A stretch of 64,000 nt of DNA from positions 33,261 through 97,260 of the IMG/VR virus record IMGVR_UViG_3300046559_000436. One strand, given 5' to 3'. A program made the translations under genes and the position numbers. This stretch comes from a virus. The notes beneath the pieces were generated by a model. That model did no database searches. It was not told where the DNA came from and was given only the letters and a program-made list of their open reading frames with translations. Every line of letters starts with the position of its first letter. Within the stretch, counting starts at the first letter, position 1. Positions 1 through 9,699 of this stretch are shown piece after piece.

Positions 1-1
1 G

Positions 2-709
2 CCCCCGCTGGCCCAACAGATCAACCAGCTTCTGGCAACGCACACGTTCCAGAATATCTACGCGGGCACCCAGAAGTCGTCCGCCACAGGTGGGTCAGGA
101 AGCTCCAGCACCAACGGTCTATGGCTGGCCCAGTCGTTCACCACAGCCGTTGGTCAAACGACCATCGGGTACGGTCTCATCCAGGTGTTCCCGAGTCCGT
201 CCACCAGCTCCAGCACCGTTCTCGGCCCCACCACGATCTCGATCTACACCAACGTGGCCGGAGCGCCCGGCGTGCCTTTGGTTACCACCGCAGTCACGGT
301 TGAGTATTCCAACTTTTCCCCGTTGGACACTATATTCCCCCTGCCAGTTACCGGCTTGTCGGCTTCTACTCAGTACTGGATCGTAATCGCGGCAGCCGGG
401 AACTCGTCGTTCTCGTACTCCTGGAACAAGTCCAGCGCGGTAAGTGGGGCTTCGACTTCCCCCAACGGCAGCACCTGGACCACCCAGGCGTACGGCTTCC
501 GGTACCAGATCTTCGACCAGTCCATCGTTCAGCCTGTCGTTGCCACCTGGGAGGACGGTGGCCAACGGTGGACCGCCAGCTATTGGAGTAACAACAACAG
601 CGTTATTGGGTCCTACGGCGAATACACCGCTGGTCAGACTGTTGCGGGATACACTCAGTCGTATCGAACTTTCCTTCATAGCTCCAATCTATTCTCGGGG
701 ACAGTCTAG
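2..709 (+). CDS. Minor tail protein, 5'-truncated by the window edge; short paralog of 1699..4050
   Basis: Frame of track ORF 185..709 is open back to nt 2 (PPLAQQINQLLATH...). Shares QxNQLLxTH, NGxxLAQxFT and TWED motifs with 1699..4050. Confidence 0.7.
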   Translation, partial: PPLAQQINQLLATHTFQNIYAGTQKSSATGGSGSSSTNGLWLAQSFTTAVGQTTIGYGLIQVFPSPSTSSSTVLGPTTISIYTNVAGAPGVPLVTTAVTVEYSNFSPLDTIFPLPVTGLSASTQYWIVIAAAGNSSFSYSWNKSSAVSGASTSPNGSTWTTQAYGFRYQIFDQSIVQPVVATWEDGGQRWTASYWSNNNSVIGSYGEYTAGQTVAGYTQSYRTFLHSSNLFSGTV

Positions 710-1198
710 ATGGCCAACACCCTCGAAATTCTTAACTTCGTCAACACGTCGTTCGCTATGAACCCCCCTTCCTTCGTCGGATACCAATCCACCACCCAGA
801 CGCTGACTAACGCCGCTTGGACGTCTTTGAGCCTGGATTCCTCTTCATACGACAACTACGTTGGTCATTCCAACAGCACCAACAACTCCAGGTACACGGC
901 CCAGATCGCCGGTTGGTATACGTGTTGCGGGGTGTACGCCCCGCAGGCTGGTAACAGTTCCGGGTTCCGTGCTGTTCGTCTCGCCACCAACGGGACGTCC
1001 ACGGTATTGGGTGGGGCCAGCTACTCGGGTCAGCCGACCACCGCTGAAGACAGCCCGGTCACCCCCACCAAGGACGTTTTTCTCAACGTTGGTGACTACG
1101 TTGAAGTCCAGGGATGGCAGAACACAGGCGGTAATTACAACACCGCCATCAACTCGGACCTTCGAAGCGGCCTCTGGGTTCGTTTCTCGCATTTCTAG
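710..1198 (+). CDS. Minor tail/tail-fibre-associated beta-sandwich protein (paralog 1)
   Basis: Ser/Thr/Asn-rich, C-terminal GDYVEVQGWQ motif, tail-module context. Confidence 0.7.
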   Translation: MANTLEILNFVNTSFAMNPPSFVGYQSTTQTLTNAAWTSLSLDSSSYDNYVGHSNSTNNSRYTAQIAGWYTCCGVYAPQAGNSSGFRAVRLATNGTSTVLGGASYSGQPTTAEDSPVTPTKDVFLNVGDYVEVQGWQNTGGNYNTAINSDLRSGLWVRFSHF

Positions 1199-1207
1199 GA
1201 GAGTCCG

Positions 1208-1690
1208 GTGGCCAACACCCTCGAGCTGTCCAATTTCACCAACATCGGATTCGTTCTGAATCCACCGGCGTTTATTGGGTACCAGGCGACTACCCAGTCT
1301 CTAAACAACACCAACTGGACGTCCCTTAGCCTCGACGCTGAGAGTTACGACAACTACACCGGTCACTCCAATATCACCAACAACAGTCGGTACACCTCTC
1401 AGGTATCTGGTTGGTACACTGTCAGTGGGGTCTACGCCGCAGTTGGTAACGCCACCGGGTTTCGAGCGGTACGTATCGTCAAGAACGGCAACCAGCTCCT
1501 AGGATTCGCCAGCTACAGCGGGGCCACCACCTCCTCCGGCACCAGCATCATCACCCCAACGAATGACCTCCTGCTTGCCGCTGGGGACTACGTTGAAGTC
1601 CAGGGATGGCAGAGCACGGGTGGCAACTTGAATACTGACATCGGCGTCGACACGCGATCTGGCCTGTTCGTTCGTTTCTCACATTTTTAA
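1208..1690 (+). CDS. Minor tail/tail-fibre-associated protein (paralog 2, tandem duplicate)
   Basis: Collinear with 710..1198 over its full length (MANTLE..NPP.F.GYQ...SYDNY.GHSN..NNSRYT...VRFSHF). Confidence 0.7.
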   Translation: MANTLELSNFTNIGFVLNPPAFIGYQATTQSLNNTNWTSLSLDAESYDNYTGHSNITNNSRYTSQVSGWYTVSGVYAAVGNATGFRAVRIVKNGNQLLGFASYSGATTSSGTSIITPTNDLLLAAGDYVEVQGWQSTGGNLNTDIGVDTRSGLFVRFSHF

Positions 1691-1698
1691 GGACTGAG

Positions 1699-4050
1699 AT
1701 GCCCGCAACACCTCCTTGGGAGTCCGCCAGGAACGGCGTCTCGAATGACTTGAATGCGGTCAACCACGCCAATCAGGTAAACCAGCTTCTCGGCACCCAT
1801 GGCATTAACCCGGTCTACGAGGGTAACAGGGTAGTCGTCCCGGCCGACGGAACCGGATTCTTCCAGGAATTCACCGGAAACGGCATCGATCTTGCTCAGA
1901 CGTTCACTATGTCGGGCACCACCACCGGGCGGGTGTCTCTCCCGGTCTTCTCTACCAGCACTGGCTCTGATTTCACCGTCACTCTGTGTCCAGACTCCGG
2001 GGGTAACCCGGTCACCACCAACGTGCTGGCCCAGACCATGGTTCCGGCCTCCTGGGTGAACAACCTCACCAATCAGTTTGGAACCGTAGGCGCCGGTCCT
2101 CTGGTTATCGCTCAGAACCAGACCATGACCGGTACCCAAAACATCACCACCGGCCAGGCGTGGGGTGCCATTACGGTCGATGGCACTGGCACCCCGCTTT
2201 TCAACAACTCCGTCTGTACCAACGGGAACTACTTCATCTCGGCTGGCGGCATCACCACGGCCTTGTCGGGCGCTGTCTTCACATCCCAGTTCGTCGGAAC
2301 TGGTCAGCTAGCCACTCCGATCCTTCAGCCCTCCATTCCGGTTCCGACCTACTTCGGCATGCTGGCGGCCAACAGCAACTCGTTGTTCTTCATCGGCGGC
2401 AATATCGCTAGCGGCGGAACCACCCTTACTGCCAACACCTACACCGCCTCGTGGAATCCACTGACCGGAATAGTCGGAACGTGGAGCCTTCAGGCCGCCA
2501 TTCCTCTTGCCGTCCAGCACGGATCTGCCGCCACTTCTGGCAACACCGTCTACGTTGTTGGTGGGGCCGACCAATCCGATGTTGTTCGGGCCGAGGTGTA
2601 TTACGCTACAGTAAGCAATGGCCAGATCACCACCTGGAACAGGGCTCAGAACCTGCCGACTCCCCTGCAGCAAAGTGCTGTCGCGGTGGTTAACGGTTGG
2701 CTTGTGGTGGCGGGTGGCTCCACAACATCAGGTTCCAACACCTCGACCAGCCTGGTGTATTATGCCCAGATCCTCCCGGATGGCTCCCTAGGTCTATGGC
2801 GGAGCGGTCCCAGCCTCGCCTCCGCTATGTACACCTGGGCGCCCGGCTGGAATTTCGCTACCACGGACAGCGGCATGCATATTGTCGGTGGAACTGTCAC
2901 CGGTGGCGGCGCGATCTTCCTTGTCCAGAGTTTGTCTGTCACGGCCAACGCCGTAGGGGACTACTGGAAATCTCAAGGATTCGGCAGTATCGGTGGGGCA
3001 CAGATGGTCACGGCCTTCCCCATGGGCAACGGCAAATGGAATCTGATCACCCCGCACATCGGGAACCCGTCCTCGTACGCGTGGTCCGTGCTAACGCCGA
3101 TGCCGTTCATGTCGGTCCCTCTGGTGGCCACCGGCTTGACCAACGGCGCCACCTACCACATCATGTACCAGGAACATCAGTACCGAACCTCATCCGACTT
3201 TCTCAGCATCGGGATGAGTAACGGAGCTTACCCGGTAAGTGCGCAATCCAGGACCCGAGGCGGTTCCGTTTGGTCCACATTCAGTTCGGGTAACTCGATC
3301 CCTATGGTGATCTACGACAACTCGGTTTCAGCCAACGGGTTGATCCTGCACACCTGGGAGGACCCCACCTCGACCGGCAGTACAGCTTTCAGCAACATGG
3401 CCAGTCGGACCACCTCCATGCTGTACAATTCGTACAATCTTCCCATCGGGTATTGCGAATCGACGGTTCTGCCCAACGAACCGTTGAACATGAACCCCAC
3501 CTTCACCACGGGCGTCACTAACTGGACTGCCCATAACTGCACTTTCGTCCAATCGAGCGCTCAGGTCCACGGTGGATTCGCGTTCTCTGGTCTGATGACT
3601 CCGAACGGCGTTGCGTCGGCGCCCAACGTTACTTCCGAGCTGGTCCCGATCCAGCAGGCTCTTGTGTCGTTCCGACCGGTTCAGATCTATCAGATCAACG
3701 GTTGGTTCTATTCCCCAACCGGTTGGGGAAACGTCTCTCTGTCTGTTGACTGGTATGACGCCAACCAGACTTACATCACCACCACAAATTCCACCACCAC
3801 CCTTGCCGCCGCGACGTGGACCAACCTGGTGATGAGTTATAACCCTCCGTCAAATGCCTTCTACGCTTCGATCAACTTCATCGAAGCCACGACTCCGGCC
3901 GCTGGCAACACCGTCTTCTTCTCGAACGTGTTCATCGTAGCGTCCCCCGAACGTACACTTGCAGTTGCGCCTGTGGTTCAAATAAACTATGGATCAAGCG
4001 GCTCAAACGGCGTTCCCTGGCCGCCACTCGGCGTCACGGCTTTCAACTAG
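1699..4050 (+). CDS. Tail/receptor-binding protein with Kelch-like propeller and C-terminal carbohydrate-binding-like domain
   Basis: Repeated hydrophobic-GG...W Kelch-type units (LFFIGG, VYVVGG, LVVAGG, MHIVGG); CBM4/9-like start NPTFTTGVTNW. Confidence 0.7.
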   Translation: MPATPPWESARNGVSNDLNAVNHANQVNQLLGTHGINPVYEGNRVVVPADGTGFFQEFTGNGIDLAQTFTMSGTTTGRVSLPVFSTSTGSDFTVTLCPDSGGNPVTTNVLAQTMVPASWVNNLTNQFGTVGAGPLVIAQNQTMTGTQNITTGQAWGAITVDGTGTPLFNNSVCTNGNYFISAGGITTALSGAVFTSQFVGTGQLATPILQPSIPVPTYFGMLAANSNSLFFIGGNIASGGTTLTANTYTASWNPLTGIVGTWSLQAAIPLAVQHGSAATSGNTVYVVGGADQSDVVRAEVYYATVSNGQITTWNRAQNLPTPLQQSAVAVVNGWLVVAGGSTTSGSNTSTSLVYYAQILPDGSLGLWRSGPSLASAMYTWAPGWNFATTDSGMHIVGGTVTGGGAIFLVQSLSVTANAVGDYWKSQGFGSIGGAQMVTAFPMGNGKWNLITPHIGNPSSYAWSVLTPMPFMSVPLVATGLTNGATYHIMYQEHQYRTSSDFLSIGMSNGAYPVSAQSRTRGGSVWSTFSSGNSIPMVIYDNSVSANGLILHTWEDPTSTGSTAFSNMASRTTSMLYNSYNLPIGYCESTVLPNEPLNMNPTFTTGVTNWTAHNCTFVQSSAQVHGGFAFSGLMTPNGVASAPNVTSELVPIQQALVSFRPVQIYQINGWFYSPTGWGNVSLSVDWYDANQTYITTTNSTTTLAAATWTNLVMSYNPPSNAFYASINFIEATTPAAGNTVFFSNVFIVASPERTLAVAPVVQINYGSSGSNGVPWPPLGVTAFN

Positions 4051-4056
4051 GGGTGT

Positions 4057-4452
4057 ATGAGTTCCCACCAGGCGGTCAAGCATCCGTTTCGGATGATCAA
4101 GAAATCCTCTGACCAGTTCATGACACTGGTGGCTGACAGAGTTCTGCCATCCTCTGCCATGTTCTACACAGCCATGATCGCCCCGTTGGTGGTCATTCCG
4201 ATGTCGAGCAGCGTCAAGACTCTGTTGATGATTGTGGCCAGCAACTGGATTCAGTGGTGGGCTCTTCCCGCCCTTCAGAGCAGGCAGAACGAGATCAGCA
4301 ACAAGCAAGACGCCAAGGCCGACGCGGACCACGAGGTGATGACCTACCTGGCCAACGCCTCCGACAGTCAGGACGCCAGGCTGACCAGCCTCGAAAGCCA
4401 CCTGGCTGACATCAAGGAACTACTGTCCCCAGTCATTCGGAAAAGGGATTGA
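4057..4452 (+). CDS. Membrane protein (DUF1003-like)
   Basis: Two hydrophobic segments, then Q..ALP..Q and a coiled-coil tail. Confidence 0.5.
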   Translation: MSSHQAVKHPFRMIKKSSDQFMTLVADRVLPSSAMFYTAMIAPLVVIPMSSSVKTLLMIVASNWIQWWALPALQSRQNEISNKQDAKADADHEVMTYLANASDSQDARLTSLESHLADIKELLSPVIRKRD

Positions 4453-4907
4453 TTTTGATCAGCAACGACTCCGGTCATGTCACTCCCGCTCACGTCCAGC
4501 CTCACGCCTCTCATTACAACGTGCACTTCCCTGAGCACGGCACCCGTGAGGGCGACCCGTACTACAAGGAGTTCGAAGCCTTCCGCAAGCGCGCGAAGAA
4601 GGACCCCTCTCTGTACACCTGTGAGGTCGGCAAGCGTCGCGGAGACACGTCGGACTGCACCACGGACAAGCCTCTCGAACTGCATCACGCCCACATCGAG
4701 TGGGCCCTGCAGAACGAAGTGGACATGGACATGGTCCGCCGTCAGTTCCCGGAGATCACGGACGAGAACGAGCTGGGGCACTGGATCGAGTCCGACAGGA
4801 ACCTGATCTTCCTGTGCCAGTTCCATCACCGAGGCCACGGGGGCGCTCACGTCGCCTCCGCCTCGGACTTCGAAGGGCAGCACTTCGTCAAGCACATGAT
4901 CGACTAG
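4449..4907 (+). CDS. HNH-like/His-Cys-rich phage protein
   Basis: C..C..LELHH...NL..LC..HH.G..G.H pattern; start uncertain. Confidence 0.55.
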   Translation: MILISNDSGHVTPAHVQPHASHYNVHFPEHGTREGDPYYKEFEAFRKRAKKDPSLYTCEVGKRRGDTSDCTTDKPLELHHAHIEWALQNEVDMDMVRRQFPEITDENELGHWIESDRNLIFLCQFHHRGHGGAHVASASDFEGQHFVKHMID

Positions 4908-4917
4908 GGAGCCGCCG

Positions 4918-5121
4918 ATGCCCGAAGAGGAAGAAAGCTACCGGAATCTTGAACATCGACTGGATCAGCTAGACTCCTGGCATCAGTCCGAGGACGCTGT
5001 CAAGCAAGCTAAGACTGAAATCAAGTCAGAAAGGCGCTCCAGAGAGCAGCTGATATTCTCTCTGATCAGTGCCGTCTCGATGTTGGTCAACGTCTACCTT
5101 TCCGTATTTCACAGGAAGTGA
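4918..5121 (+). CDS. Small membrane protein (holin-like)
   Basis: Coiled-coil then C-terminal TM segment; RBS ggag; lysis region. Confidence 0.45.
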   Translation: MPEEEESYRNLEHRLDQLDSWHQSEDAVKQAKTEIKSERRSREQLIFSLISAVSMLVNVYLSVFHRK

Positions 5122-5124
5122 TTT

Positions 5125-5481
5125 ATGAGTACAGAGGTGCGCTGGCTCACCGAGCCCGAGGACCACGACTATCCCGCCGCGCTCGACTATCTCGAACTAC
5201 TGATCGATTTGAGCCTGGCCGAGCAGGTGGTGTCCATGCTCGAAGAGGCTCCTGTCGTCTCGAAGAAGGCCAAGGACATTCTACGCGCGTCCACTTTGCC
5301 ACTTCTGTCGGAGAATGACCCTCACGTGGCTAAGGACCTACACAAGATCAAGCAGGGTCATGCGCTGTCTCCGGTCCTTCTTGCCCGTGGGGACAACCTG
5401 ATCATCGCTGACGGCTACCACCGCGTCTGCGCCTGTTATCACGTGGATCCCAACACCGAGATCTCCTGCAAGCTAGTTTAA
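5125..5481 (+). CDS. ParB/Srx-like domain protein
   Basis: LSPVLL...LIIADGYHRV motif. Confidence 0.6.
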   Translation: MSTEVRWLTEPEDHDYPAALDYLELLIDLSLAEQVVSMLEEAPVVSKKAKDILRASTLPLLSENDPHVAKDLHKIKQGHALSPVLLARGDNLIIADGYHRVCACYHVDPNTEISCKLV

Positions 5482-5524
5482 GGTTCAACGACTAGCTGGT
5501 GTTTGCTTTGCTCAGCTGGTATCC

Positions 5525-5884
5525 TTGTATCAAAGGTTCACGTCAACCAACTCATCGGAGTTAACCGTGACTGCTGTACTCTCTGGCCAGGTGTCTAGCC
5601 TGGTCCGTACCACCACTGGCGGCAACTCGACCGTGGTCGTCCTTCCGGTGTCCGTCACCGCCGCACTGCCCGCCGCTCTGAAGCTCGGTTCCGACTTCGG
5701 CACCGCCAACATCCGGGTGGCCGTCTACAACGACGTCAACGGCTGGCGCGTCTACGACCCGTACGTGATCGTCGACGGCGCCACCGTGACGGAGCTGGAC
5801 CTGTCGGCTGGCGACAGCAAGCTGTCCATCGGCCGCGACTCGGGCACCGGCCTCGTCGGCTGGACCGTCGTCGCTGCCGTCTGA
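5525..5884 (+). CDS. Hypothetical protein (true start probably downstream, near 5567)
   Basis: Strong high-GC codon bias in the 3' part. Confidence 0.5.
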   Translation: MYQRFTSTNSSELTVTAVLSGQVSSLVRTTTGGNSTVVVLPVSVTAALPAALKLGSDFGTANIRVAVYNDVNGWRVYDPYVIVDGATVTELDLSAGDSKLSIGRDSGTGLVGWTVVAAV

Positions 5885-5906
5885 TCAACCAGCAAGGAGG
5901 GGCCTA

Positions 5907-6935
5907 GTGGCTCGTTTTTCCGGTGCCGAGTGGATCGGCCCTACGCCCAACGAGACTGCAGGTGGACAGGTCGACGTCCACGGTCTCGTGCTTCACATCC
6001 AGGAGGGGACCGAGGCCGGTTCCGAGTCCTGGTTCAAGAACCCTGACGCACAGGCTTCTGCCCACTTCCTCAACCCCAAGTCCGGCGGCCTGCGTCAGCT
6101 GGTCGACACCGCCGACCGGGCTTGGGCGGAGATGGCCGGAAACCGCCACTGGATCTCCGTCGAGAACGAGGGCATGTCAGGCGAGAGCCTGACGGACAGC
6201 CAGGTGGAGAACGTCGCCCAGCTCTTCGCCTGGATTCACAACACCTACGGAACTCCGGTTCAGTCCACCGACGACCCGAATGGGCAGGGCGTGGGCTGGC
6301 ACGGCATGGGCGGCGACGCCTGGGGCGGCCACTTCGACTGTCCGGGTGACCCGATCAAGGCGCAGCGGCCACGAATCCTGGCCAGGGTCGCGGAGATCCT
6401 CGGCGGTACTCCCCCCACTGGCGGTGGCGGTGGTTCGACCGGGGGCGGCTCCGGTGAGCCTCGACAGCAGGTGACCCTCGACGGCCTGACCTACGGGTAC
6501 GGCACTTCTGGCCAACAGGTCAGGCAGGTCCAGCGGCTCCTAGTCGGTCAGGGCTGCGACCCGCAGGGCATCGACGGCATCTGGGGCGACCACACCACCG
6601 GAGCCTACGCCGAGTGGCAGAAGAAGTGCGGTTTCTCGGGTTCCGACGCCGACGGCGTCCCGGGGTCTACCACGATGCGTCGCCTTCTCTGGACCGGCGG
6701 AGTACCCGCCTTCCAGCACGACCTGCAGTGGACCGGGTCCTACCACGGGGTCGACGAGGCTGCCAAGACCTGGCAGCAGAAGATGACCGACCGCACCTGG
6801 GCTGTCAACGGTGTGGACGGATACTACGGCCCTCACTGCCAGGAACTCTGTCGAGAGTTCCAGCAGCGTCACGGGCTTCAGGTGGACGGGATCGTCGGTC
6901 CGATCACCTGGCTCATGACCTGGATGGCGCCGTAG
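5907..6935 (+). CDS. Endolysin: N-acetylmuramoyl-L-alanine amidase with peptidoglycan-binding domains
   Basis: LVLH...SAHF...AW...N...ISVENEG...H...CPG amidase_2 motifs, Gly-rich linker, DGIWG/DGIVGPIT PG-binding repeats, RBS aaggagg. Confidence 0.9.
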   Translation: MARFSGAEWIGPTPNETAGGQVDVHGLVLHIQEGTEAGSESWFKNPDAQASAHFLNPKSGGLRQLVDTADRAWAEMAGNRHWISVENEGMSGESLTDSQVENVAQLFAWIHNTYGTPVQSTDDPNGQGVGWHGMGGDAWGGHFDCPGDPIKAQRPRILARVAEILGGTPPTGGGGGSTGGGSGEPRQQVTLDGLTYGYGTSGQQVRQVQRLLVGQGCDPQGIDGIWGDHTTGAYAEWQKKCGFSGSDADGVPGSTTMRRLLWTGGVPAFQHDLQWTGSYHGVDEAAKTWQQKMTDRTWAVNGVDGYYGPHCQELCREFQQRHGLQVDGIVGPITWLMTWMAP

Positions 6936-6985
6936 AATAGGGTGAGCGCCTAGGCGACCGCCTGATCACCCAGGAGACCCGTTCT

Positions 6986-7291
6986 ATGACCCAGCCCACC
7001 GACCCTGTTCAGTCGTTCGTCAAGATCAGCATCGAACAGGTATATTCAGAGGTGCGAACAATTCACGATGCGTTGCAGCGGATCGAGTCGACACTTGCGT
7101 CGATGCGCGATCTTGAGCCACGGATTCGTGATCTGGAAAAGCTCCGCCTGCAAGAGCAGGTGCCGGACCACGAATCCCGACTTCGGGCGCTAGAGGACCG
7201 CCGCATCCCCCATTCCGTGATGACAGTCTTCGCGGGAGTTGTGGGGACAGCGGCGCTCGTCTGGCAGGGCATCCTGATGCTGATGAAGTAG
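6986..7291 (+). CDS. Holin-like membrane protein
   Basis: Coiled-coil (DHESRLRALE) plus C-terminal TM; directly after the lysin. Confidence 0.55.
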   Translation: MTQPTDPVQSFVKISIEQVYSEVRTIHDALQRIESTLASMRDLEPRIRDLEKLRLQEQVPDHESRLRALEDRRIPHSVMTVFAGVVGTAALVWQGILMLMK

Positions 7292-7456
7292 GTTCCGATG
7301 GGCCTGAACTGGGGGTTCAGGTAAGTTCCGATTACTTCCAAGTAGTCTGAACCACCTGAACCCCCTATTCGTACCCGGGTGAACCCACACAGAGTCACGG
7401 ATCATATAAACAAATCCCTCTAGACTTGGGGGCAATTGATCTGGTATAATTGCTAT

Positions 7457-7759
7457 ATGAACGAGAATATCAACAACACCGAAGAGCGAGTTGCTCTCAA
7501 CAAGTTCTCAAAGGTGACGGAGTGCCACTTCACCACGGCCAGCCGCCTCCGTTCCGGTGACCGGATGCCGGGCCCCGAACTCCTGCTGAAGATCGTCAAG
7601 AAGTACAACCTCGATCCGATGAAGACGCTGGAGGCGTTCGGGACCAAGAACCCCGCAGTCTTCGGCCGATTCCTGAGAGAGAACGTCTTCCACATCACGG
7701 AGGAGGACCTCGCCAACGACAAGAACGGGTCTGGTTCCCACTCGTCCCGAGCGGCCTAA
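7457..7759 (+). CDS. XRE/Cro-type HTH protein
   Basis: TTASRLRSGDRMPG..LL.KI; tataat just upstream suggests a near-leaderless transcript. Confidence 0.65.
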   Translation: MNENINNTEERVALNKFSKVTECHFTTASRLRSGDRMPGPELLLKIVKKYNLDPMKTLEAFGTKNPAVFGRFLRENVFHITEEDLANDKNGSGSHSSRAA

Positions 7760-7812
7760 CAACACAATACGGAGCCAGCCGATGGCGACACTACCCCTTC
7801 GCCGAATCGATT

Positions 7813-7850
7813 AAGCCCCCGACGCCGCTGTGCTGAGGGGGCTTTCTCGT
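7813..7850 (+). terminator. Intrinsic terminator-like hairpin
   Basis: aagccccc...gggggctt followed by tctcgt. Confidence 0.55.
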
Positions 7851-8090
7851 ATCTGTGGACTTGCTTCTAGAGCAAAATGTCTGCTACAATAATCCTATGA
7901 GGGGCAAGACACCGTGGTCCAAGGCACTGAAGGAAGCTCTTGACCGGGGCGAGGTCGTACGAGAGACCGAGACCGATCAGGAGGTTACTTATGAGGCCCG
8001 GTTCAGATTCGATCCCACACCCTGGGTTACCGGGGACGGCCGTCGATTCGATGGCAGTCAATGTTTCGCTTTCCCGAAAGGAATACTCTA

Positions 8091-8630
8091 ATGCCTCGTC
8101 TCCCCCACGACCACCCCGCGAACGACCTTCCGGCCACCCCGGACCAGAAGAACTTCATTCTCAAGTACAAGATGGCTCCGGTCTCTGTGGTTCTGCGGCT
8201 CACCTACCGAGAAGCCCAGCGGATCATGTCTGGCGGCGGGGTTCCGGTGGAACCCCCGGTTCCGAACCAGCCCAAGAAGCCGGTTCCGGCGGTTCAGCTG
8301 GAGAAGGGTGGGTTGCACTTGATCGGAACCCGGGTGTTCCGGCTTCACATGGGTGGTTCCGGTCTCCTGTACGCGAAGGTTCTGACGGAACTCGAAATTC
8401 CGCGCGTCGCCAGCAACGGAGTTCGGCGATTCCGATGGGAGTTCGCCAAGGGCGTCATGCGATCGATTCGGCCGGAGAACAGGCTCACCAAGGAACAGGC
8501 CGAAGCATTTGGCCGTCGGTTCTCATGCTGCGTCCGCTGCGGGATCGAGCTGGACCCCAACATCACTGACCGAGACGGCAACCGCCGTTACATCGGTCCC
8601 ATCTGCGAGAAGAAGATGGGATGGTCATGA
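8091..8630 (+). CDS. DUF6011-like Zn-ribbon protein
   Basis: CCVRCG.EL...IGPICEKK. Confidence 0.65.
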   Translation: MPRLPHDHPANDLPATPDQKNFILKYKMAPVSVVLRLTYREAQRIMSGGGVPVEPPVPNQPKKPVPAVQLEKGGLHLIGTRVFRLHMGGSGLLYAKVLTELEIPRVASNGVRRFRWEFAKGVMRSIRPENRLTKEQAEAFGRRFSCCVRCGIELDPNITDRDGNRRYIGPICEKKMGWS

Positions 8631-9151
8631 CAAAGCCTCTCCTACTGCTTGATGTGGACGGGCCGCTGAACCCGTACGCGGCCAAGCCGTCCCGCCGACC
8701 CGAGGGTTACGAGACACACCGGCTGGTGCCGACCGGCCACAACCCTCGAAAGCCGTTCCGGGTCTGGCTCAATCCGAGCCATGGCCCGTCTCTGCTGGCA
8801 CTGCCTTTTGACCTGGTCTGGTGCACCACCTGGGAACACGACGCCAACCGACTGATCGGACCCAACATCGGGCTACCTGAACTGCCGGTGCTGGAGTTTC
8901 CTCCAGCTCTCAAGTTCCGGAACTTCGAGCGGGACGAGGATGGCACCTACTGGAAGACGCACACTGTCGTCGAATGGGCGGCCGGGCGACCATTCGCCTG
9001 GGTGGACGACGAGATCCGGGCAGCTGATCACGAGTACATCGCCAACCACCACCGGGGGGCGGCCATGGCGCACCAGATCAACCCAGCCAAGGGGCTTCTG
9101 CCCGAAAACTTCGATATCCTGAAAGTGTGGGCCAAGCGCAATGGCAATTAA
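8627..9151 (+). CDS. HAD-domain phosphatase (Swiss-army-knife RNA-repair type)
   Basis: LLLDVDGPLNP, W.TTW, WK, FAWVDDE. Confidence 0.85.
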   Translation: MTKPLLLLDVDGPLNPYAAKPSRRPEGYETHRLVPTGHNPRKPFRVWLNPSHGPSLLALPFDLVWCTTWEHDANRLIGPNIGLPELPVLEFPPALKFRNFERDEDGTYWKTHTVVEWAAGRPFAWVDDEIRAADHEYIANHHRGAAMAHQINPAKGLLPENFDILKVWAKRNGN

Positions 9152-9605
9152 CATCGACAGATACACGTACACCCCGACCAGGGAACACGGGATCGTCGGA
9201 ATTAGCCCAACTCTTGGTGCTCAGTTCGAGGCCGAATGTAGGTGCGGCAGCAAGATCAAGCCGGGCCCCAATCCCTCAGCTGCCTTCGCCAACGGACGGG
9301 TGCACGTGCTGAAGGCCACGGAGGCCCCTCCCGCCGATTCCGAGGAGCCTTCCGGTACCGAGCGGCCCGCCCCTGCCCCCAGGCCGCAGAGAACCCCGCC
9401 CCAGGCCGGGACGAAGCCTCCATGCGCCTGCCTGTGCGGCGGTACCACCGGCGGGGGCCGCTATCTGCCCGGCCATGACTCCCGCCACCTCAAGAACCTC
9501 ACGGAGCGCATCAACAAGGGAGAGATGACCTTGTCAGACGCCATGCTCGTGCTGGAAGCGTCACCCAAGCTGGCCGCCAAGCTGGCCAAGAGGCTGTCTC
9601 ACTAG
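9141..9605 (+). CDS. Hypothetical protein with CxC...PGHD metal-binding motif
   Basis: CACLCGGTTGGGRYLPGHDSRH. Confidence 0.6.
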   Translation: MAINIDRYTYTPTREHGIVGISPTLGAQFEAECRCGSKIKPGPNPSAAFANGRVHVLKATEAPPADSEEPSGTERPAPAPRPQRTPPQAGTKPPCACLCGGTTGGGRYLPGHDSRHLKNLTERINKGEMTLSDAMLVLEASPKLAAKLAKRLSH

Positions 9606-9699
9606 CAAGCTGTCATAGGGCGCTGGTATACTGCTCGTAGAAATAGCGGGCTGGCCAGCGCCCTAGCTGTGTTCGTGCCCAACGGAGAATTGAGGGAAC

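Noticed and set aside
710-1690. Diversity-generating retroelement TR/VR pair
   Set aside because: Both copies are full ORFs, differences are not confined to adenines, and no reverse transcriptase is present in the window.
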